Positions 31,078 through 41,529 are shown, counted from the stretch's first letter. The stretch is 64,000 bases of DNA from Parcubacteria group bacterium CG08_land_8_20_14_0_20_48_21 (GCA_002774425.1 PEYJ01000011.1:35915-99914), one strand, 5' to 3'. Program-made: numbers and translations. The notes: generated by a model not told the origin, from the letters alone.

Positions 31078-34000
31078 CTATAGTACCATACTTTCCGATG
31101 GTACGTCTATGTGGATGAAACTATTTCCAAAAATGACCCGCATATCATGCGTGAAGGAAGTTGTAAGATTGTATGATGCGTGCGTTTCCAGCTTGCGCGA
31201 TGCATCAAACCCCTGGTGAATGACCATGGTAAGCGGATGTGATCCCGGGTGCGACAATTGATATGTATGCAATGCGTCCTGTTGCGCGGCATCCGGCATC
31301 TCGCGTAACGTTAGTATGATTCCATCTCTTGCTGTATCCGTACCCGCACCGGCTGCTGGATATCCGGCGCTAGGGTCATCCTGAATTTCCCTCGTGCCAT
31401 CCGCGGTCGGTTGCATAAAATCTATGCTGCCAAGTTCTCGGCGTAGCTCCGCAACCGCTTGTGGATCATAGGCAAAAACCCGTTCCGCAATGAGTTTGCA
31501 TTCCGCATCTTTTCGTGATCGTTCGCCAACAATAACAATAGGCGCACCATCCTCCCACAACCGCTGGGTCTGGGCAAGAACACGCGGAAACACCACTACT
31601 TCAATGGAATCTCTGCCGTCTTCCAGCGTAACGAAAAGCATTGGTTCACCCGTGCGCGTGATGATGCGCTTTGCCGTGTGTACGATGCCGCCTACCGTCA
31701 CTCGGTCTTTCTTGCGAAACTTTTTCTGCTCCAGCACTTCCCGAATAGGCGTGATACTCCCCTCTAAATCCTTTTGCATGCCCGCATACGGATGCGCGGA
31801 TACGTACATACCTAGAAGCTCTTTCTCCCATCGCAAAAATTCCTCTTCGGGTACGGCTGTGACTTCCGCAAACTGCAGTTTGCGCAACGCATGGTTTTTC
31901 CCGAACAAACTTTCCTGCCCGCTCGCACGCTCCTCTTTAATATCCCGAATACATTGTATGATGGTTTCAAGATTTGCCAAGAGCGTTCCCCGATCGCCAT
32001 AACTGTCCAACGCCCCCGCTTTCACAAAACTCTCCAGAGATTTTTTGTTGAGGTCGCGGCTCTTGACCCGCTCGAGAAAATCTTCCAGCGAGGTAAAGGC
32101 ACCATTCTTTGCTCGCTCCTCAATAATCGCTTCAATGACGTGTTCGCCCACATTCTTAATAGCCGCAAGACCAAAGCGTATGTTGGTTGGCTCAATCCCA
32201 TCTTCCACAACAACGGTAAACCCTTTATAGCTTTCACGAATATCGGGTGGCAGAATTTCCAGTCCCATCCTGCGACATTCCTCAACCTCTATGGCAATGC
32301 GATCGGTATTGCCCTGGTCAGCGGTCAACAACGCCGCCATGAATTCAGCGGGGTAATTCGCTTTGACATATGCGGTCTGGTAGGCAATAAGCCCATAGCA
32401 TGCCGCGTGCGACTTGTTAAAGCCGTAGCGCGCAAACGGTTCCACGAACTCAAATACCTTCTGCGCGACTTCCAGCGCAACGCCTTGTGCGACACATCCG
32501 GCAATGAACTTCTCCTTTTGTTTGGCCAAAAGAGAGGCGATTTTTTTCCCCACAGCTTTACGGAGCACATCCGCCTCGCCAAGCGTAAAACCGGCAAGAT
32601 CGCGCGCTATTTGCATGAGCTGCTCCTGGTATACCGCTACGCCGTAGGTTGGCGAAAGTATCGGCTCCAACTTCGGATGCAGATAGGTCGCCTTTTTCTT
32701 GCCGTGCTTGCCCAAGATAAAGTCCGGGATAAGATCCATGGGTCCCGGCCGATAGAGGGCAACCATCGCGACAATATCCTCAAAAGCCGTGGGCTTTAAC
32801 TCTTTTAAGTACCGCTTCATACCGCTACTCTCCAGCTGAAATACACCGGTTGTATCTCCTTTTTTTAATAAAGTGTATGTGGCATCATCGTCCAGCGGCA
32901 GGTTGTCAATAGAGAGCGCAACCCCGCGTGTGCGCTTTACAATGCGCAGCGCTTCCTCCAGAATGGATAAGTTTTTGAGTCCCAAAAAATCCATTTTGAG
33001 AAGCCCCAAGTCTTCTATCGCGTGCATTTCGTACTGTGTTACTACTGTTGCGTCGCTTGAGCTTGCGTACTGCAGCGGCGTATAAGTGACCAGGGGTTTT
33101 GGGGTGATTACAACCGCGCACGCATGTGTTGAGGTGTGCCGCACCACACCCTCAAGTTTTTTAGCCGTATCAATAAGTATTTTTGCGTCATGGTCGGTAT
33201 CATAGAGCGCCCGAAGTTCGGGTTCCGCCCCGAGCGCTTCATCCAACGTCTTAAACAAGGGAATGAGTTTTGCGATACGGTCGCAAAAACCGTAGGACAT
33301 ATCCAGTACGCGCCCCACATCTCGCACAGCAACACGCGCCGCCATGGTGCCAAACGTGATCACCTGCGCCACGTGATCTTTTCCATATTTATTTTCCACA
33401 TACCGCAGCACTTCATCCCGCCGCGTATCCGCAAAATCCAGGTCAATATCCGGCATGGAAATGCGTTCCGGATTCAAGAAACGCTCAAACAGCAGATCGT
33501 ACTGCAAAGGATTAATGTTGGTAATGTTGAGGAGATAGGCCACGAGAGATCCGGCAGCGCTTCCGCGTCCCGGACCAACCACAATTTGGTGCGCTTTCGC
33601 CCAGTTGACAAAATCGGCAACGATTAAAAAATAGGAGGCGAAGCCGGTTTTCCTAATAATCCCTAATTCGTAGAAAAGACGATCCTGAATACGCGTGAGC
33701 TCATCCGAAGAAGCGTCTGCAAAACGCGTCGCAACGCCTTGTGCGCAGAGATTTTCAAGATGGCTGTATTCGGTTTCTCCAGAGGGAACGGTAAAGTGCG
33801 GCAGCACCGTCTCCCCAAGCACGAGGTCCACTGTACATGTATCCGCAACTTTTTTGGTATTGGTGATTGCTTCGGGAACATCTCGCCAAAGATGCGCCAT
33901 CGCCTCTGCCGAGGTCAATGAGTAATCTTCATCAAGCATGCATAGCCGATCCGTATCCTTTTTTTTCTTTTTGGTTTGAATGCAGACCAGCACATCCTGG

Positions 34001-34647
34001 GCTTCATTGTCTTCGGGACGCAGGTAGTGCGCATCTTGCGTCGCGACCAACGGCACACCCGTGTGCTTGGCTAACTCTGTAAGCTTCTCTGAAATCCGCA
34101 TGGCTTCCGGTAAATGCGTATGCCTCCAGGCTTCCAAATAAAAATCTTCGCCGAACTCCCGGAGATACTTTTCAACAAGCACAACCGCGTCTTCAACTTC
34201 ATGCGTGCGCAAGTAAGTGGCGATCTCCCCGTTTAAACAGCCGGAGAGTACGATCACCCCCTCTTTATGCCGGAGGAGTGTTTCCCAGTCAATTCGGGGT
34301 TTGTAGTAGAATCCTTCAAGGTGCGCAATGGTTGTAAGCTTCAGCAAGTTCTGGTAGCCAATATTATTTTTTGCCAAGAGCGTAATGTGCCGCCGCTCCC
34401 GATCTTGCGCTGAATTTTTATTGGCAAGACCGTGCTGCGCCATATACGCTTCTACACCGATAATGGGTTTAATCCCCTCTTTTTTGCACGCTTTATAAAA
34501 CGCCAACGCGCCGTACATGACACCGTGATCGGTTAGCGCCAGCGCGGTTGCATTGTCTTTTTTCGCAGCCCTCACCAAGTCCGGTATCTGCCCAAGGCCA
34601 TCCAGCAAGCTGTAGTGCGAATGGGTATGGAGGTGGATAAATGACAT
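31078..34647 (-). CDS. dnaE: DNA polymerase III alpha subunit
   Basis: PHP domain HLHTHSHYSLLDG, GxGRGSAAGSLVAY, an OB-fold and a C-terminal tail. About 1190 aa. Confidence 0.95.
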   Translation of the reverse strand: MSFIHLHTHSHYSLLDGLGQIPDLVRAAKKDNATALALTDHGVMYGALAFYKACKKEGIKPIIGVEAYMAQHGLANKNSAQDRERRHITLLAKNNIGYQNLLKLTTIAHLEGFYYKPRIDWETLLRHKEGVIVLSGCLNGEIATYLRTHEVEDAVVLVEKYLREFGEDFYLEAWRHTHLPEAMRISEKLTELAKHTGVPLVATQDAHYLRPEDNEAQDVLVCIQTKKKKKDTDRLCMLDEDYSLTSAEAMAHLWRDVPEAITNTKKVADTCTVDLVLGETVLPHFTVPSGETEYSHLENLCAQGVATRFADASSDELTRIQDRLFYELGIIRKTGFASYFLIVADFVNWAKAHQIVVGPGRGSAAGSLVAYLLNITNINPLQYDLLFERFLNPERISMPDIDLDFADTRRDEVLRYVENKYGKDHVAQVITFGTMAARVAVRDVGRVLDMSYGFCDRIAKLIPLFKTLDEALGAEPELRALYDTDHDAKILIDTAKKLEGVVRHTSTHACAVVITPKPLVTYTPLQYASSSDATVVTQYEMHAIEDLGLLKMDFLGLKNLSILEEALRIVKRTRGVALSIDNLPLDDDATYTLLKKGDTTGVFQLESSGMKRYLKELKPTAFEDIVAMVALYRPGPMDLIPDFILGKHGKKKATYLHPKLEPILSPTYGVAVYQEQLMQIARDLAGFTLGEADVLRKAVGKKIASLLAKQKEKFIAGCVAQGVALEVAQKVFEFVEPFARYGFNKSHAACYGLIAYQTAYVKANYPAEFMAALLTADQGNTDRIAIEVEECRRMGLEILPPDIRESYKGFTVVVEDGIEPTNIRFGLAAIKNVGEHVIEAIIEERAKNGAFTSLEDFLERVKSRDLNKKSLESFVKAGALDSYGDRGTLLANLETIIQCIRDIKEERASGQESLFGKNHALRKLQFAEVTAVPEEEFLRWEKELLGMYVSAHPYAGMQKDLEGSITPIREVLEQKKFRKKDRVTVGGIVHTAKRIITRTGEPMLFVTLEDGRDSIEVVVFPRVLAQTQRLWEDGAPIVIVGERSRKDAECKLIAERVFAYDPQAVAELRRELGSIDFMQPTADGTREIQDDPSAGYPAAGAGTDTARDGIILTLREMPDAAQQDALHTYQLSHPGSHPLTMVIHQGFDASRKLETHASYNLTTSFTHDMRVIFGNSFIHIDVPSESMVL

Positions 34648-34721
34648 AACGTTTCCCTGCAAACAAAATCACCTCGTCCGGTGGCAGAAGAGATGATTTG
34701 TAAAGATACAAAACAAAAATG

Positions 34722-35018
34722 TTATTTTGCTGATTTTTTTGTAGCCTGTTTTTTCTTTTTTTTCTGCATGTAGTCCGCGACCTGCTTGCCCACATCAATG
34801 AGCGTTGCAATATGCGCGGTGGAGGTATGTATTTTTTCTTTGATACCGTTGACGATCTCCTGTACACCGTCTACCACGCTCAGCAGTTTCTTGCTCGCCT
34901 TGTATGCGTTGCGCAGGATCATCGCAAAGTAGAAGATGGTCCATGTTACGAATAGTGTAAACCACAGCACGCAGAACGCAAGAACAATGTTCAAAATGTC
35001 TCTTGAGGTTTCAAGCAT
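34722..35018 (-). CDS. DUF948-like small membrane protein
   Basis: 98 aa. N-terminal transmembrane helix, then an amphipathic helix V..V...V..I...T and a K-rich tail. Confidence 0.4.
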   Translation of the reverse strand: MLETSRDILNIVLAFCVLWFTLFVTWTIFYFAMILRNAYKASKKLLSVVDGVQEIVNGIKEKIHTSTAHIATLIDVGKQVADYMQKKKKKQATKKSAK

Positions 35019-35100
35019 AGCGCATGGGGAATGAAGAAGTATGGAGAAAAGAGTTAAGAGTATTTTGGAATGTAGGAGCTGTTTTTTTCAAGGGGAGATT

Positions 35101-37539
35101 TTACGCCCGGAGCAACGCACCGCAGTCTCTCTCCAATGCACTCCGTATCTGCCGCATTTCCTTTTCCACTTCTTTATCGGTAAGCGTGCGGTCGGACGCG
35201 CGAAAGATCAAGTGGAACGCCATACTTTTTTTACCCTGACCAATTTCCTGTCCTGCAAATACATCAAAGAGTTCAAGCTGCGCAAGTAGGGTACTGCTGG
35301 TGCGTACCACACTTGCAAGTGTAGTGTACACCATTTCAGTATCTACGACAAACGCAATATCACGCATGGCGGCAGGATAGTGCGGCAGCGGCGTAAAAGC
35401 GATTTTCTGCCGTATGGCAGCAACAAGCCCGTCAAGCGCAAAACCCCAAATACCGACCTTACTCTTGGCAAACATGCGGCGGGAGTATTTGGGGTGTACT
35501 TCCCCGACCAAGCCAACGCGCGCATCGCCTACCAAAATTTCCGCACCACGACAGGGGTGGACAAGTGGATACAGTTTCTCACTCGCACGAAACTTCGGTG
35601 CGTATCCAAGCGTTGTGAGGAGCCGTCGTACCAACTCCGCCGTTTCATTCCATGCGATCCCCTCATCTTTCCATACCGCACCGGCGCACATGGTCGGCTG
35701 CGATGGCAGTTTCGTCTTGGCATCCGGATGAGCCGCGTCTTCTCCCGTTGCATTAAAAAATACTCTCCCTATTTCAAATATTCTCCCCCGCGGAAACTGC
35801 CGTTCATTGGTTGCTACATTGCGCAAGAGTCCCGGAAGCAAGCTCGTGCGCAATGTCGTCGCATCCTCACTGATAGGATTTGCAAGATGCAACGCGCTTT
35901 TCCGGGGCATCCCAACCAACAACAGATCATCGCCTCCGGAAAAACCATAATTGAGCACCTCGGTCATACCAAGCGCCGCAGCGGACTTTCTGATAGTATG
36001 CTGCAACCGCAATTGAGGGTTGTAATGCCGCACGCTCATGCGCTGCAGGGGCAAGGTGGGTTTGAGCATGCCGTAGCCTAATCCCCTGCCAATCTCCTCT
36101 ATCACATCTTCGGGTAGGGTGATGTCTCTTCCGGCGCGCCAATGCGGCGCCACAACCGTAAAGACACCTTTTTTCTTTTCCTCAACCAAAAAGCCGAATC
36201 GTGCGAGCACGCCCTTGATGTCGCGAGGTTTCAGCGTTGTACCCAATTTTTGTTCCACGAGCACATGCGGCAGTGTAATGGTTGCAAGTTTCCTTTTCTT
36301 GGAATGGATGTCGCTCACCGCGGAGGTGATTTTTGCGTCCGGCAAAAGCTGCAGTGCCAATGCTACCGCGCGAGCCAAACCTTGTGGCGCAAGTTCCGGA
36401 TCCAGCCCTTTTTCAAAGCGCGCTGATGATTCACTCCGCAGGCCGAGACGCATGGAAGTGGTACGAACGGTTACGGCGTCAAAGTTTGCCGATTCAAAAA
36501 TTATACTTGTTGTTGCGCCGGTAATGCCTGACGATCCGCCACCCATAATTCCCGCAAGCGCTATGGGTTGTACGCCATCGGTGATCACGAGCATCATATC
36601 ATCCAGCGTGCGTTCTGCCTCATCCAGTGTAGTGAGCGTTTCACCTATTTTTGCGCGGCGCACGCCAATTTCTCGCACGCGCGCGGCATCAAATGCGTGC
36701 ATGGGCTGCCCCAGTTCCAACAGCACGTAATTGGTAATATCAACCATGTTATTGATTGGCCGCACCCCTCCCGCAACGAGGCGCTTGCGCAACCAATAGG
36801 GAGACGGTGCGATGTGTATGCCCTCCATGCGCACCGCCGTATAGCGCGGACAGTCAAGAGAATCGGTAACGTTCACTGATAATTTTTCTTTTGGCACTTT
36901 GGTAAACACACCTTTCGTAAAATCCCTCTCGATAAATTTTGCATGCGCAACCGCAGCCAAATCCCGCGCCATACCATAATGCCCCCACAGATCCGGCCGA
37001 TGCGTCAGCGACTTGTTGTCAATGTCAAAAATACTGTCTATCAGATCAAGCGCATCCGCCAGCGGCGTTCCGGCGCGCGCTTTCGTGTCACAGGTAATAT
37101 CCAAAATATGGTGATCATCGGCGGGAAAGAATGACTCCAATCCCAATTCGGCGGCGGCACAAATCATGCCAAAACTTTTTTCCCCGCGTATTTCCGTTTC
37201 GTTGAGTTCCACCAAATTTCCTTCACCGTGCCACCTCACTTTCGCGCCCGGCAAAGCGACCGCCACGCGCATGCCTTCCTGAAGATTGACCCCTCCGCAT
37301 ACGATGCGTACGGTTTCTTTGCCGATGTTCGTTTCCCCCACGCGCAGTTTGTCGGCATTAGGGTGTGGCAGCACGCGCACAACCTCTCCAACGACCACCT
37401 TATCCAGCGGCTGCGGTGCAAGTTCCCTCACGCCCTCCACTTCTACCATGCGCGTGGTCATCAAGACACTCAACTGTTGAGAGGTGAGTTTCTTTGATAA
37501 GGGGACGTATGCTTCAAGCCAGGAACGACTCACTAACAC
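35101..37539 (-). CDS. pheT: phenylalanine--tRNA ligase beta subunit
   Basis: 812 aa. N-terminal tRNA-binding OB domain (VVGEVVRVLPHPNADKLRV), B3/B4 and B5 domains, FDT domain. Confidence 0.95.
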   Translation of the reverse strand: MLVSRSWLEAYVPLSKKLTSQQLSVLMTTRMVEVEGVRELAPQPLDKVVVGEVVRVLPHPNADKLRVGETNIGKETVRIVCGGVNLQEGMRVAVALPGAKVRWHGEGNLVELNETEIRGEKSFGMICAAAELGLESFFPADDHHILDITCDTKARAGTPLADALDLIDSIFDIDNKSLTHRPDLWGHYGMARDLAAVAHAKFIERDFTKGVFTKVPKEKLSVNVTDSLDCPRYTAVRMEGIHIAPSPYWLRKRLVAGGVRPINNMVDITNYVLLELGQPMHAFDAARVREIGVRRAKIGETLTTLDEAERTLDDMMLVITDGVQPIALAGIMGGGSSGITGATTSIIFESANFDAVTVRTTSMRLGLRSESSARFEKGLDPELAPQGLARAVALALQLLPDAKITSAVSDIHSKKRKLATITLPHVLVEQKLGTTLKPRDIKGVLARFGFLVEEKKKGVFTVVAPHWRAGRDITLPEDVIEEIGRGLGYGMLKPTLPLQRMSVRHYNPQLRLQHTIRKSAAALGMTEVLNYGFSGGDDLLLVGMPRKSALHLANPISEDATTLRTSLLPGLLRNVATNERQFPRGRIFEIGRVFFNATGEDAAHPDAKTKLPSQPTMCAGAVWKDEGIAWNETAELVRRLLTTLGYAPKFRASEKLYPLVHPCRGAEILVGDARVGLVGEVHPKYSRRMFAKSKVGIWGFALDGLVAAIRQKIAFTPLPHYPAAMRDIAFVVDTEMVYTTLASVVRTSSTLLAQLELFDVFAGQEIGQGKKSMAFHLIFRASDRTLTDKEVEKEMRQIRSALERDCGALLRA

Positions 37540-37658
37540 AAAGGTAAAAGGTAAGGAATAAGCATGGTAGGTAAGCTACACCATACGCAAGATCCGTATG
37601 AGCGTGGATGCGTCAAAAGCGGCGTATGATCTTGTATGTGGAGGTAGCGAAGATGTTT

Positions 37659-38711
37659 CTAAAATTGTTGGAGCAACCGCAAATCACCGGAAAGCAGCAG
37701 CCGAATATCGGTGATTCTGTATTTCATCATAACCAGCCGAGTTAAGCCAAAACCGAACGCAAAACCCTGGTATTTTTTTGCATCAATATTTCCCGCTTTC
37801 AAGACATGAGGATGCACCAATCCCGCACCCATAAATTCCACCCAGCCGGTTTTTTTGCATACGGAACACCCCTTCCCCTCGCAGAGTACGCACGAGAGAT
37901 CAAGCTCCACCCCAGGCTCTACAAACGGAAAATATCCGGGGCGGAGGCGCACGTCCACATCTTTTTGAAACAGTTCACGTAAAAAAGTGCGGAAAACGCC
38001 AATAAGATCACTCATAGAGATATGCTCATCAATGAGCAACCCTTCCACTTGGTCAAAGGTGGTCTCGTGCGATGCGTCAGTTGCCTCGTACCGATACACG
38101 CGACCGGGAACAATAATTTTTAAGGGAGCCCCAATCGCGCGCATGGCGCGAATTTGCATGGGCGAGGTATGCGTGCGCAAAAGCAGCCGTTCAGATCCGG
38201 CAGTTTCATGCAGCCAAAAAGTATCCTGCGTGTCGCGCGCCGGATGATCCGCCGGAATATTCAGCGCTTCAAAATTATAGTACTCGGATTCCACTTCCGG
38301 CCCTTCCCATACGTCAAATCCCATGGCAACAAAAATATCTTCTAACTCCTCCCGAACACGGGTAATGGGGTGGAGGTGCCCTTCTTCCATGAGCAGCCGC
38401 TCCAAGATGGGTTGGGTCACCTCAATCCTTTCTTTCTGCAAACTCCCCTCAATTGCCGCCGCTTCAAGCGCTGATCGCTTATCCGCAAATACCGCTGCAA
38501 TGTGCCGTTTTATTGCATTGGCTTCCTTACCTGCCGCGGGACGCTCGTCTTTTGGCAATGCCGAAACACCTTGTATGAACAACGTCAATTTGCCGTTTTT
38601 CCTGCCAAAAAAGTTTTGGTCTATGGCATCCAAATCATCCAGTGTCCTTGCGCTGGCGATCGCTTGATCTGCCTCTTTTTGTAATTGCCTAAGTTGTTCT
38701 TGTATCGTCAT
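37659..38711 (-). CDS. pheS: phenylalanine--tRNA ligase alpha subunit
   Basis: Start at MTIQEQLRQL. Class II motifs FNFEALNIPADHPARD and GAGLVHP. The ORF track's 57 aa upstream extension is non-homologous. Confidence 0.9.
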   Translation of the reverse strand: MTIQEQLRQLQKEADQAIASARTLDDLDAIDQNFFGRKNGKLTLFIQGVSALPKDERPAAGKEANAIKRHIAAVFADKRSALEAAAIEGSLQKERIEVTQPILERLLMEEGHLHPITRVREELEDIFVAMGFDVWEGPEVESEYYNFEALNIPADHPARDTQDTFWLHETAGSERLLLRTHTSPMQIRAMRAIGAPLKIIVPGRVYRYEATDASHETTFDQVEGLLIDEHISMSDLIGVFRTFLRELFQKDVDVRLRPGYFPFVEPGVELDLSCVLCEGKGCSVCKKTGWVEFMGAGLVHPHVLKAGNIDAKKYQGFAFGFGLTRLVMMKYRITDIRLLLSGDLRLLQQF

Positions 38712-38812
38712 ACGGGGAAAGGTAAAGGAATGATTTCTCCAGTGTAGCAAAGAATGCTCTATGTGGTCAACCACACATAGCTTGCAGATTGTATAGCTGG
38801 TAGCTTGCTGTA

Positions 38813-38848
38813 TGTACACAACCCCGCCGAAAGGCGGGGTTGTGTACA
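38813..38848. repeat. perfect 16 bp GC-rich hairpin with GAAA tetraloop
   Basis: TGTACACAACCCCGCC-GAAA-GGCGGGGTTGTGTACA, 100-140 nt upstream of pheS (minus strand) and ~75 nt from the IS30-remnant end. Confidence 0.6.
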
Positions 38849-38899
38849 GAAAATTATTGGGATGTTTTTTTTGTTTGCTCAAGCATATTTTTTACCACT

Positions 38900-39960
38900 A
38901 ATTTTTTCCGCAAATTAACTATCTTAGTTTCTAGAATTTAACGCAACAGCGTTATCGAGTAATTGATTAAAGACTTCGTAAGGCTTTTGGAAGTCCAGCG
39001 CCGCCCTTGGGCGGTCATTAAGTAAATCCTGCACCTTCTTCTTAACTGGATATCTTGTTGAAATCCGTGCCCTTAGGAAAGAATTGTCTGATCAATCCGT
39101 TGGTATTTTCATTCGTGCCTCGTTCCCACGGACTGCGCGGATGGGCAAAGTAAACTTTAATGCCGCTGATTTTAGTGAACAGTTTATGCCGAGCCATTTC
39201 CCGCACCTGGTCATAGGTCATGGTCAATTTCATTTGTCGAGGCAGTTTTTTTACTTCTTTGGCAAATGCCTTAGCTACAATTTCAGCCCCTCTGCTTTTT
39301 ACCGGAACGAGGATAGTCGTGCGGGTCGCGCGCTCTACCAGAGTGCCAAGAGCCAAACGATTGTTCTTTCTGATAATCAAATCGCCTTCACAGTGCCCGG
39401 GGATAATCCTGTCTTCCACCTCTTTCGGCCGTTCCTCGATCGAGAGCATATCTTCTATTCTCCGCTCCATTTTGACGCTCCTGGACTGCTTATGTCTTCT
39501 CTTGTGGTTCTGCCGCAAACAGGCTGTCAGCTCTTTTTTAAGAGAGCCACGGGGAAGAACATAGACGTAGGTGTAAATCGCTTCCGGCGAGATGCGCATA
39601 GTCATATCTAGAGGATAATCTTTTTCCAGTTCTTCTGCAATCTGCCGTGGCGACCATTTCTTTTTTCTCAGTTTTTTCAGAATATATTTCCACAATGCCG
39701 GGTTGTCGTTCAGCTTGTATTTGTTGGTCTTCCTCTTGGACGAATTCCGTTTGGCCCGATGCTGCGCCGTAACTGCTCGATAGGTGCGCTTATCGCAACC
39801 GCCAAATCCGATTTCCCGACTGATGGTGCTTGCATGCCTATCTAGATACTTGGTAATACTACGAACCGAAAATCCTTACGAGAACATCCAGCTGATATCT
39901 TCCCGTTCTAAATCGCTTAATCTTTTATAATTTATCATAGATATCTAAAGTAATTTTTAA
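38900..39960 (-). mobile_element. IS30-family insertion sequence remnant (boundaries approximate, inverted repeats not identified)
   Basis: Contains a ~338-codon IS30-like transposase reading frame with inactivating lesions. Confidence 0.6.
38925..39938 (-). pseudogene. IS30-family DDE transposase, disrupted (nonsense codon near 39876; frameshift near 39045)
   Basis: MINYKRLSDLEREDISWMFS*GFSVRSITKYLDRHASTISREI... (IS30 N-terminal HTH). The 217 aa intact core (39042-39695) has HCEGDL...RGTNENTNGLIRQFFPKGT. The C-terminal tail VKKKVQDLLNDRPRAALDFQKPYEVF continues in the +1 frame. Confidence 0.7.
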
Positions 39961-40399
39961 AAATCAAATCCATCCAATTGAAGCTAAAATACTGTCTTGA
40001 CAGGCAGTCCGCCTTACACTTTACTTGCTATCGGAAAGCGTGCGGCTTTCTATAAATTCTTCAGGTGATGGCATCTGCTCTCGTTCTCTTGGGGTCATAA
40101 AAATATGGCTTAAAAAGTAAATCTTTCTTCAAGCATACCCCCCCTGCCGTTTTGTCAACCACAAAGCTGTTGACAGGCGTAAGCGATCAGTAGTAAAAAA
40201 ACAACATGTGTTTTATATCGAGGTTGGTCAAAAAAAATGGATGTTGGACAGCGCATAGCGCTTTGGCGCAGGCATCGTACATACACTCTGCGTACACGAA
40301 GCCAATTTTCTCGCAAATGTATATGGTAAACTTGGCAGTCAGGCTGCCAAGACAAATAAAAAAGAGTGATTGCGCTCAACGCTATCACTCCGTACATCA

Positions 40400-40957
40400 C
40401 TACGATGAAATGGGCAAAATTTGCGCGTTGTCCCACCTATCGCGCACATCCCATAACGCATGCACACACGACGCAAACTTGGAGCTTAGCGCAAAATATA
40501 CTTTTGCCTGCTCATCACTTATCACACTTTGGTCGTGCGCGTGTATACGATACGCGATGCTTCCCATGGTCATGAAATAGCTGATCGTGGATCGTTTGTC
40601 GGCAAACTCCGGAAATATGCCGACAACAAACAGCGCGTAATCGCCAATTGCCTTCAAAGGCACATCTGCTTTAAATGGACTGTAGGTTGCTTCAATCGGC
40701 TGATCTTGATACGCGTATATCTTGCGCGCCGCATCTCTTAGGTATGGCCATGAAATGTTTGGCGATTCGGCCTCTTGCATCATCTGTACCGGCTTCATGT
40801 GACTAAAGTGCGCCAAGAGTTGCGCCAGATATAGTTGTATCGCGGGATCCAGAGGATATAGTGTTGTGTCGGTAATGCAGCCAAAAAAGAATTCGCATAC
40901 GTCTGCGTAGCTACGTACCGTCACGAAACGGCGGGATATTTCGGATATACGGTTCAT
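40400..40957 (-). CDS. hypothetical protein (185 aa, mostly alpha-helical, no recognised domain)
   Basis: Clean ORF in a three-gene minus-strand block. No motif assignment possible by eye. Confidence 0.4.
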   Translation of the reverse strand: MNRISEISRRFVTVRSYADVCEFFFGCITDTTLYPLDPAIQLYLAQLLAHFSHMKPVQMMQEAESPNISWPYLRDAARKIYAYQDQPIEATYSPFKADVPLKAIGDYALFVVGIFPEFADKRSTISYFMTMGSIAYRIHAHDQSVISDEQAKVYFALSSKFASCVHALWDVRDRWDNAQILPISS

Positions 40958-41042
40958 GGGCTACCTCCTTATGGTTGGTCGGAAAGCTCACCGTGTTTTG
41001 GAAAGATCGTTTTTTTGACTTTAATCCTGTATGGTTCCTTTG

Positions 41043-41432
41043 TCAAATTTTTGGCGCTTTGCCGTTGCGGGACAAAAAGAAAAGCTCTATAACCGTATGC
41101 GCCATGATAAACAAAAAAACATTCACCGCGGTTAGCATGTCTTGGGATTGCAAGAAAAGCATGATAACGAGAAACAGCGCAAACCACACGCCCTGGCGAA
41201 ACGACACCGGCACCTGTCGGAACTGCAATTCATGCCGCTTGCATATACGACGCATGCCAAGACCTGCCAACGAAAAAGTCCCAACGAGCGCTAAAAACAA
41301 ACTCGTATAGAATAACACAAATCCTATTACCCCTGCGTCATACGGATTGATGCGCAAGAGTATGAGCACCCAGGCAAGCCAGCACAATACCGTACACAAG
41401 AGAATGGATATGATGAAAAAGCGGAGTGACAT
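41043..41432 (-). CDS. hypothetical integral membrane protein (about 4 transmembrane helices)
   Basis: 129 aa and strongly hydrophobic. Sits between the DUF721-like gene and the 185 aa hypothetical. Confidence 0.4.
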   Translation of the reverse strand: MSLRFFIISILLCTVLCWLAWVLILLRINPYDAGVIGFVLFYTSLFLALVGTFSLAGLGMRRICKRHELQFRQVPVSFRQGVWFALFLVIMLFLQSQDMLTAVNVFLFIMAHTVIELFFLSRNGKAPKI

Positions 41433-41529
41433 AATTGCATGAAAATTCTAACGCATCACATGAAACACTCTTACCCTATACGCACTCTTGAAGAGAGTTT
41501 GTGTGATGTGCTATATTGTACCACACTTT

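Noticed and set aside
38712-38900. T-box riboswitch or Phe-rich leader peptide controlling pheST
   Set aside because: The minus-strand leader has no AGGGTGGNACCGCG-type T-box sequence. Its only small ORF (MLEQTKKTSQ) has no Phe codons.
40155-40580. ORFs 40155-40436 (-) and 40206-40580 (+)
   Set aside because: They overlap each other and the 40400-40957 gene. Their content is dominated by palindromic non-coding sequence. There are no initiation signals.
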